Program-made: the position numbers and the translations under genes
Source: an uncultured cyanobacterium
GTDB lineage: Bacteria > Cyanobacteriota > Cyanobacteriia > Phormidesmidales > Phormidesmidaceae
Length of the DNA: 24,000 bases
NCBI GenBank assembly: GCA_963799555.1
Contig: CAWCXR010000015.1
Coordinates: 321,009 to 345,008 of the forward strand
Direction: 5' to 3'
The notes under the pieces: generated by a model
What the model saw: only the letters and a program-made list of their open reading frames with translations
What the model was told of the DNA's origin: nothing
The model's database searches: none
Part shown: piece by piece, positions 18,091 through 24,000 of the stretch
Position numbering within the stretch: the first letter of the stretch is position 1
How the letters are laid out: each line of letters opens with the position of its first letter

Positions 18091-19518
18091 ATGGCCAGAA
18101 AGAACGAGCTTCCAACTCTAATTGCTGCTCTAGTTTTTACGGTAGCGCTGTTGGGTGGCGGTGCTTGGTGGCTGAGAGGTCAGTTCTTCAGTGGTGTTTC
18201 TATTCCTGGTTTAAGCCAGACAGGATCAGGACAGCCAGAATCAGGAAGAAACTCTGGTGTTGATACTTCTAGCATTGATCCTTCCAACGCTGACGGATCC
18301 TCGGGGCAATCGATACTGCCTGGAGCAGTGTCTGAGGTCAAGCAGAAGGGATTAGATGCGCTTTCTGCACAAGATTTTGGAACAGCGCAGGCAGAGTTTT
18401 CGGCAGCATTGCAGGCAGATCGAAATGATCCGGAGTCGCTGATTTATCTCAACAATGCCAGGATCGGCGATGCGTCGGCGCATACGATTGCCGTTGTAGT
18501 CCCCGCTGGCAATGCATTGAACGCCTCTCTGGAGATTCTGCGTGGAGTCGCACAGGCCCAAACAGAAATTAACAAAGGTAGCGGCACAATTCCTTTGAAG
18601 GTGCTGTTGGTTAACGATGAAGGAGATCCCGAGGTTGCTACCAAAGTCGCGGCAAGTTTAGTTGAAAATAGAGCAGTGTTAGGCGTAGTAGGTCACTACT
18701 CTAGCGGCGTAACTCTGGCAGCGGCGGAAGTCTACGAGTCTGGTCAGCTGCCGATGATCTCTCCAACCAGTACGGCGGTGAGACTTTCGACGGCAGGCGG
18801 CTACATCTTTCGCACAGTGCCTAGCGATCGCCTGGCAGCAGCTACGTTGGCCCGCTACATGGTCAATGAACTCGAACAGCAGGCCGTTGTTTTCTTTGAC
18901 AGCGGCAGTGCCTACAGTCAGTCCGTTAAGTCAGAATTTACGACAGAGCTGCTGGGCAATGGCGGCAGCGTGGTCAGTGATTTTGATGTGAGCGAGCCTG
19001 GGTTTAGTGCTGGGCGAGCACTTCGAGAGGCGGAGGAGCTAGGCGCACAGGTAATTATGCTGGCGCTGACGACAGGTACTATCGATACTTCGCTACAGAT
19101 AATTTCAGTCAATCAGAAAGAGCTGCCGGTAATCGGAAGTGATGCTCTGTACAACTTCAAGATCCTGGATGTGGGGAGAGCGAATGCAGAAGGTTTAGTG
19201 GCAGCTGTGCCCTGGCATATTTTGAACTATGAACAGAGTCGGTTTGTCAGCGAGTCGCGCCGTCTGTGGGGCGGTGATGTCAACTGGCGAACAGCGATGG
19301 CTTACGATGCAGTAAGCGCTTTGATCGAGGCGATCGATCAAAATTCGACTAGAGAAGGTGTTGCGGCTGTTTTGGCAGAACCTGGCTTCAGTGCGGATGG
19401 CGCAACGGAGACGGTGAGGTTCTTGCCGTCAGGCGATCGTAACCAGGCGTCGCAGCTAGTAAAGGTGGTGCCGGGGAATCGATCGGGTAGTGGATTTGAC
19501 TATGTACCAGTGAAGTAA
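18091..19518 (+). CDS. Membrane-anchored LivJ/Peripla_BP_6-type ligand-binding protein
   Basis: N-terminal TM anchor (LIAALVFTVALLGGGAWWL), a Gly/Ser linker and a TPR-like helix pair. The type-I periplasmic-binding fold pattern follows (IAVVVP...LKVLLVNDEGDPEVA...VLGVVGHYSSGVTLAAAEVYESGQLPMISPTSTA...YIFRTVPSD). Confidence 0.8.
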   Translation: MARKNELPTLIAALVFTVALLGGGAWWLRGQFFSGVSIPGLSQTGSGQPESGRNSGVDTSSIDPSNADGSSGQSILPGAVSEVKQKGLDALSAQDFGTAQAEFSAALQADRNDPESLIYLNNARIGDASAHTIAVVVPAGNALNASLEILRGVAQAQTEINKGSGTIPLKVLLVNDEGDPEVATKVAASLVENRAVLGVVGHYSSGVTLAAAEVYESGQLPMISPTSTAVRLSTAGGYIFRTVPSDRLAAATLARYMVNELEQQAVVFFDSGSAYSQSVKSEFTTELLGNGGSVVSDFDVSEPGFSAGRALREAEELGAQVIMLALTTGTIDTSLQIISVNQKELPVIGSDALYNFKILDVGRANAEGLVAAVPWHILNYEQSRFVSESRRLWGGDVNWRTAMAYDAVSALIEAIDQNSTREGVAAVLAEPGFSADGATETVRFLPSGDRNQASQLVKVVPGNRSGSGFDYVPVK

Positions 19519-19567
19519 ATGCTGGAGGGGCGCTGTCTTTCTAGAGCAGGAGATAGGAAAATAGGAG

Positions 19568-20179
19568 ATGGGGGATAAGGAAATTTATGAGCGATTTTTG
19601 GCGATCGCATCTACTCTCAGTCCTAAGCTTGTTTTTGCAATCGAACAAAACGGTCCAATTGAGCTAGTGGTAAAACAAGAAGTGTCGTTTGCGGAGCGAC
19701 TGTGTCAAACGGTGGTGGGGCAGCAGCTTTCTCTTCGAGCGGCGGCGACGATTTGGGGGCGGCTGGTGAGGAACGTGTCAGCCGGGGAAAGTCTAATTGA
19801 TTATTTGGTGGTGGCCGATCCGATTGTTCTGAAAGGGTGCGGGCTGTCGGGGGCGAAGGTGAAGACGGTGGGTGTGATCGCACAAGCTGACAAAACCAAT
19901 CAGCTCAATGCAAAAGACCTCGGACTGATGACTCACGCTGAGCGTACCAAACGTCTTACTGCGCTTTGGGGAATTGGTCAGTGGACGGCTGACATGATGG
20001 GAATCTTTTACTTTGGCGATGTGGACATCTGGCCTGATGGCGATGTGACCGCTAGAAAGACGTTGGAAAAACTTACCAGCAAACGCAGAAAAACAATTCG
20101 CACAGCTGCTCAATTCTCGCCCTGTCGGTCTTACTTGGCCTTGCACATGTGGCGTCATGTCGATGCTGTGCCAGACTAA
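19568..20179 (+). CDS. HhH-GPD DNA glycosylase (DNA-3-methyladenine glycosylase II / AlkA-like)
   Basis: VVGQQLSLRAAATIWGRL, the helix-hairpin-helix LWGIGQWTADMM, and a downstream WPDGD Asp, all typical of AlkA-family enzymes. 203 aa. Confidence 0.75.
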   Translation: MGDKEIYERFLAIASTLSPKLVFAIEQNGPIELVVKQEVSFAERLCQTVVGQQLSLRAAATIWGRLVRNVSAGESLIDYLVVADPIVLKGCGLSGAKVKTVGVIAQADKTNQLNAKDLGLMTHAERTKRLTALWGIGQWTADMMGIFYFGDVDIWPDGDVTARKTLEKLTSKRRKTIRTAAQFSPCRSYLALHMWRHVDAVPD

Positions 20180-20201
20180 GCGATAGCGATTTAGCTGAAG
20201 A

Positions 20202-20888
20202 CTATGTGGGAGAATTCACCAAGAGTATGGGCAAATTCTCGTAACCTGTACCATTTAGCTCCATTGATACCTTGCCAGACTCGAAGGCAAATTCTACTGA
20301 TTCTCCATTTCCTAGCGCGTCATAAAATCCAACAACAAACTCAATAGCCGCCCTGTCTCCAACGGCCTGGTTCATCCCGATTGCGTAAGGTATGTGTTGT
20401 GTGATCGCCGTCGCCTGCGCCGCTGAATAGCAGCCGTTCAGAACAACGCATTCGATGTTGGCTTTGCGAGAAAAGAGTTTGAACAATGCAGCCAGAGCGG
20501 ACCCGGATACTAGCTTGGGTGCGCCGACTTCGTCTTCAAAATAAAGCCCAGCTTCACCTTCACCATGCCCTGAGAAATGAACAATCTGAGGCAGCTCTTC
20601 TAGCATTGCCCTTTGAAAGTCTCTAGGACGCACGGCCCAGCGCTGCGCAATTTCAAATTTGTCTCTGTGTTCGGCTCGTTTAAGTCCTTCGCTGATGTCT
20701 CGTACTTCTTCATCTAGCCGTAGGCGAGAGGAGCCCTTAGGATTAGCGGCCAGGATTAGAAGCTTTCTTTTGCTGGGCGTATTGCTAGATTGTGAGAGCT
20801 GTTGGCCGCTGACAGTATTGCGATCGCCCATGATGATCATGCCGCCGTCTACGTTGCCACCAATGTGAATATCGCGAGTGCCGCTCAT
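20202..20888 (-). CDS. Small CHAT/caspase-like domain protein (His-Cys dyad)
   Basis: 228 aa. LLILAANP...LRLDEE...IVHFSGHG (His104/His108) ...ECVVLNGCYS (Cys153) ...YAIGM...D..AIEF..GFY reproduces the CHAT-domain core order. The N-terminal 30 aa is a Gly/Asn/Asp-rich segment (DIHIGGNVDGGMIIMGDRNTV). Confidence 0.6.
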   Translation of the reverse strand: MSGTRDIHIGGNVDGGMIIMGDRNTVSGQQLSQSSNTPSKRKLLILAANPKGSSRLRLDEEVRDISEGLKRAEHRDKFEIAQRWAVRPRDFQRAMLEELPQIVHFSGHGEGEAGLYFEDEVGAPKLVSGSALAALFKLFSRKANIECVVLNGCYSAAQATAITQHIPYAIGMNQAVGDRAAIEFVVGFYDALGNGESVEFAFESGKVSMELNGTGYENLPILLVNSPT

Positions 20889-21002
20889 CTCAATTCAGCT
20901 CCCATATTGTGCTTTGTCATAAGACTACTACAGCCTTGTGATGTAAGTGCAGGTGTAGGATGGTCTTTTGATGATGGCTTCTAAAAGACGCGAGCAATCC
21001 TA

Positions 21003-22844
21003 ATGAAAGACCCAGCGAACCAGCCTATGGTCCTTCCCGATGAAGGGCTCTATCCTTCAAATTACATGCCTACGTCCGCTGTTCGGATTCGGTACGTAGG
21101 CTGGTGGCTGTTGGGGTTGTTTGTGATCGCACTTTTGATTCGTCTAACGCACCTAGCGGCCAAACCTGCGTGGATGGATGAAATCTCAACTATTCTCTTT
21201 AGCTTGGGCAATTCTTCTAGAATGATTCTAACCGATCAGATCATCACGTTAGAACAGATGATTCGGCCTCTACACCTCACGCCTGGCGCAACGGCAAAGG
21301 ATGCAGCAACTTACCTCCTAGCAGAGAACAATCATCCGCCTGCTTATTTCGTTTTGGCGCACTGGTGGATGATGTTCTGCCATCGGCTGACGGGTGATAC
21401 AGATGGCTATGCGTCTATGTGGGCAGCTAGGACACTACCCGCTTTTTTTGGGGCCCTCGCAGTGCCGATGAGCTATTGGCTCGGCTGGGTTAGCTTTCGA
21501 GATCGCCTGACGGCATTGCTGTGTGCCGCGCTGATGGCGGTTTCTCCCTTTTCTGTCTATCTCTCTCAAGAGGCCCGTCACTATACGCTGGCGATTTTGA
21601 TGGTAATGGGGTCTTTGGGCTGCTTTGCGCAGGCAGTGCGGGCAGTAAAAGAGCATCGAAAGCTAAGCTGGCTAACGGTGCTGGGATGGGCGGTAGCGAA
21701 TGCACTAGGTGTGTCGGTGCATTACTTTTGTGGCATTACCTATTTGATTGAAGGGTTGGTGTTGCTGTGTTTGCTGCTGCAGGATTGTGTTCGAGATAAA
21801 GGGGCTTGGAGGCGATCGCCCTGGAGGCGGATCTATGTCGTAGCAATTGGCACCGCAGCGGGCGCTCTGCTGTGGCTGCCCGTCCTGTTGAACTTCTATG
21901 GCAGTCCGCAGACAACGTATATTGCGGGCTCTAGAGATATTGGCTTTTGGCTAGCGCCAATAGGGCAGTCCGTGGCAGGCTGGCTCTATGCGATTTTAGC
22001 GCCAGTGACGAATGGCTATGGCCCGGTGGCGGTAACGACAATTGTTGTTTCTTGCGTGGCGCTGCTGTTTTTCTATGTGCCGTGGCTTGTGCGGACAGGA
22101 GTGCGATCGCTCAGGTTTCAATGGAATCTGTCCGATCGGTATCCAGGGCTGCTGGCGATTGGTGGATTCTTCGTTATGGGAAATATTATATTTTTGGCGA
22201 TCTGTTATATCACTGGATATGACATAACTCGAGGTCATCGGTACAGCTTTGTTTTTTACCCGGCTATTGTGATTTTGGTGGGCGCAATGCTAGCACCCTT
22301 TTGGCCCAAGCAGGACGGTCATCCTTTGTTTTGCCAGGTCAAGCTACCGCTGATTGAGCGATTCATCAGCGGGCGAGCTTTTGTAGTGATTGTTCTGGTG
22401 GTGAGCTTTTTGGGATCGCAAGTAATTGTTCTAGATCGAACGCACTTGAAATTTTACCAAGCTGGTCGGTTTGTTGATTTTTTACAGGCAGAGTCAGCTT
22501 ATCTCGTTGTGTTAGGGGCGCAGGCGATAGTCGGTGATCAGCCAAGCGTTTATGGCATCGAGATCATGTCAGCAGCATGGGAAATCCAGCAACAGCTGGA
22601 GAAGATGCCAAAGACTCAGTCAGAATGGAAAGGTGAGCCTCGTTTTGTTCTATTGAAAAAAGATTTAGTCTCCAAAAACGATCCTGACGCACAGCTAGGA
22701 GAGTTAGTCAAGGCTGAGCCTGAGCCGTTCGATCTGTGGCTATTGGGAATTTCACCTGTTCTAGAATCCGTGGGCTGTAGTGAGCCAGTTCGTGGGAATA
22801 AAGGCTCTTTTGCCTACAGCCACTACGTCTGCAAAGATGCATAG
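21003..22844 (+). CDS. Polytopic GT-C fold membrane glycosyltransferase (GT39/PMT_2-like)
   Basis: 613 aa with more than 10 hydrophobic helices in the first 470 aa and a soluble C-terminal domain. The first loop after TM1 carries PAWMDE (the DE motif of ArnT/PMT-type enzymes), followed by NHPPAYF. Confidence 0.55.
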   Translation: MKDPANQPMVLPDEGLYPSNYMPTSAVRIRYVGWWLLGLFVIALLIRLTHLAAKPAWMDEISTILFSLGNSSRMILTDQIITLEQMIRPLHLTPGATAKDAATYLLAENNHPPAYFVLAHWWMMFCHRLTGDTDGYASMWAARTLPAFFGALAVPMSYWLGWVSFRDRLTALLCAALMAVSPFSVYLSQEARHYTLAILMVMGSLGCFAQAVRAVKEHRKLSWLTVLGWAVANALGVSVHYFCGITYLIEGLVLLCLLLQDCVRDKGAWRRSPWRRIYVVAIGTAAGALLWLPVLLNFYGSPQTTYIAGSRDIGFWLAPIGQSVAGWLYAILAPVTNGYGPVAVTTIVVSCVALLFFYVPWLVRTGVRSLRFQWNLSDRYPGLLAIGGFFVMGNIIFLAICYITGYDITRGHRYSFVFYPAIVILVGAMLAPFWPKQDGHPLFCQVKLPLIERFISGRAFVVIVLVVSFLGSQVIVLDRTHLKFYQAGRFVDFLQAESAYLVVLGAQAIVGDQPSVYGIEIMSAAWEIQQQLEKMPKTQSEWKGEPRFVLLKKDLVSKNDPDAQLGELVKAEPEPFDLWLLGISPVLESVGCSEPVRGNKGSFAYSHYVCKDA

Positions 22845-22845
22845 A

Positions 22846-22864
22846 CTACTGTTTATAACAGTAG
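22846..22864. terminator. Weak hairpin between the convergent GT39-like and PATAN genes
   Basis: CTACTGTT-TAT-AACAGTAG, an 8-bp AT-rich stem with a 3-nt loop. There is no flanking T-tract on either strand. Confidence 0.25.
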
Positions 22865-22876
22865 GTTCAGATAGCT

Positions 22877-23800
22877 TCAGCCACTTACTAGAGCTGGCAG
22901 CTTATGTTGACATGTATGAATAGTCGGCTGATCTTTGGACTTTGAATGCAGTGGAGACGGGACAGGCTGTCTGGCTGATTCAGACGTTTTCTGTAGATAA
23001 GTAGACAGCTTATCGAGGAAAGCCGCGCTGACATGAACAGGTGCGGATTGTTTGGCTGTGGCCTTAGCGCGAATGAGATGAATCATCGGAACCTCTCGAG
23101 CAAGACCTACAAAAACCAGACGAAATCCGATTTTTTGAACATCTAGCTTGGGTATATCTATCTCTTTTGCAATGTCAGATAGTGACCTGCCTGAATCAGC
23201 TAAGCTTAGGACTGTTTTCTCTTGCGAGTTGAGTCGGTAGCTAGATACGTTGCCCTCAGAGGCTTTGAGGCCAGAAGTCAGTTCTGGCAGTTTTTCGATT
23301 AGGGTGCTCCAAGATTTGATCATCCGCAAGCTCGGGAGAGCAATATCTGTTGCTTGGATTCTAACCCCGGTCATTTCTAGGTAGGGAAAAGGGTAGTCAG
23401 GATAAAAGGCAAACCTGACGTCGGGTGCCTGAATTAAGCTACAAGTGCTAGCCAAGACTTGAGAAGAAAACAGTGATTGGAGCTGTCTGACTGTCAGCAA
23501 AGCCCGCGACTTTAGAAATGCACCTAGGGCTACCTTGGGCGGGCACTGTCGCAGCAAGCGAGGTAGCGTAGCACTCTGAACTAGACACCTTTGTTGAAGA
23601 AACTTCAATAGGCCCAGTCCATCTAGACGTCTCGATGTGGCGACTAGATCGCCTTTTTCAAACCACAGATAGTGGATATCTCCCTCAAAGTTCTTTCCAA
23701 ATAGGGACTTCAAAGATAAGCGCCCTGTTTGCTGACTGTCTTTCAAAAATTTGAATAGTTCAGGCAGAGAGTATTCAGAAGTCTGGCCTTGAAGTAACAT
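22877..23800 (-). CDS. PATAN/DUF4388 domain protein
   Basis: The N-terminus LQGQTSEYSLPELFKFLKDSQQTGRLSL...LWFEKGDLVA matches the PatA N-terminal (PATAN, DUF4388) pattern. No receiver domain is present. A possible HTH lies near RSLSDIAKEIDIPKLDVQKI. Confidence 0.55.
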   Translation of the reverse strand: MLLQGQTSEYSLPELFKFLKDSQQTGRLSLKSLFGKNFEGDIHYLWFEKGDLVATSRRLDGLGLLKFLQQRCLVQSATLPRLLRQCPPKVALGAFLKSRALLTVRQLQSLFSSQVLASTCSLIQAPDVRFAFYPDYPFPYLEMTGVRIQATDIALPSLRMIKSWSTLIEKLPELTSGLKASEGNVSSYRLNSQEKTVLSLADSGRSLSDIAKEIDIPKLDVQKIGFRLVFVGLAREVPMIHLIRAKATAKQSAPVHVSAAFLDKLSTYLQKTSESARQPVPSPLHSKSKDQPTIHTCQHKLPALVSG

Positions 23801-23948
23801 AAGATCCCAAAATGCCCTTTATGAAGTTTGATAACCATTCGCGACGGCGTTCATGACTGTTTCGAGATAGATGCGACTAGAAGAGTCAGCTTCGCTGCTC
23901 TAGGTAAGTACTACTACTTATCCTTCATTCTATAGAATAAGGAGCAGT

Positions 23949-24000
23949 ATGAACAAATCATGCGATAAATTGATATACGTAAAGAGTTGTTTTTGCTCAG
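23949..24000 (+). CDS. Possible start of an unidentified CDS running off the window
   Basis: ATG at 23949 with AAGGAG 4 nt upstream. It reads MNKSCDKLIYVKSCFCS without a stop to the window edge. Too short to evaluate. Confidence 0.2.
   Translation, partial: MNKSCDKLIYVKSCFCS

Noticed and set aside
20202-23800. CHAT, GT39-like and PATAN genes as one functional system
   Set aside because: The three genes alternate in orientation (minus, plus, minus), so they cannot be co-transcribed. No known functional link ties these families together.

Overview
This is a chromosomal window from a cyanobacterium. The diagnostic genes are psbEFLJ, psaI, ycf48, ndhC/ndhK, rbcR and a ferrochelatase with a CAB domain, and there are 24 copies of the HIP1 octamer GCGATCGC. 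The window is gene-dense (about 31 CDS on both strands) and almost entirely core or housekeeping. In order: ndhC-ndhK (plus the first codons of ndhJ) is divergent from the conserved PSII cluster rubA-ycf48-psbE-psbF-psbL-psbJ. Then come a convergent psaI, a GlsB/YeaQ membrane protein, and a 481-aa unknown protein. A same-strand run follows: thioredoxin, folK, Nudix, CPD photolyase. After that: fabG, a lone tyrosine recombinase, hemH, a rhomboid protease, and hrcA divergent from rbcR. The rest is a Hanks kinase followed by a LivJ-type binding protein, an AlkA-like glycosylase, a small CHAT/caspase-like protein, a GT39-like membrane glycosyltransferase, and a PATAN/DUF4388 protein. Four genes below the ORF-track size cutoff were found by hand: psbF, psbL, psbJ and psaI. 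I found no rRNA, tRNA, CRISPR array, transposase or multi-gene defence or mobile island. I do not see a convincing multi-gene novel system. The most unusual signals are: (1) an integrase whose codon usage is foreign to its neighbours, plus an abrupt synonymous-codon switch inside the adjacent fabG at a HIP1 site; (2) a minimal stand-alone CHAT-type His/Cys protein; (3) a split membrane kinase and ligand-binding-protein pair; (4) an uncharacterised 481-aa acidic protein with a lysine-rich tail; (5) a duplicated bipartite motif in the ndhC/rubA divergent region. All functional calls come from reading the translated ORFs against remembered family motifs. No database search was run.
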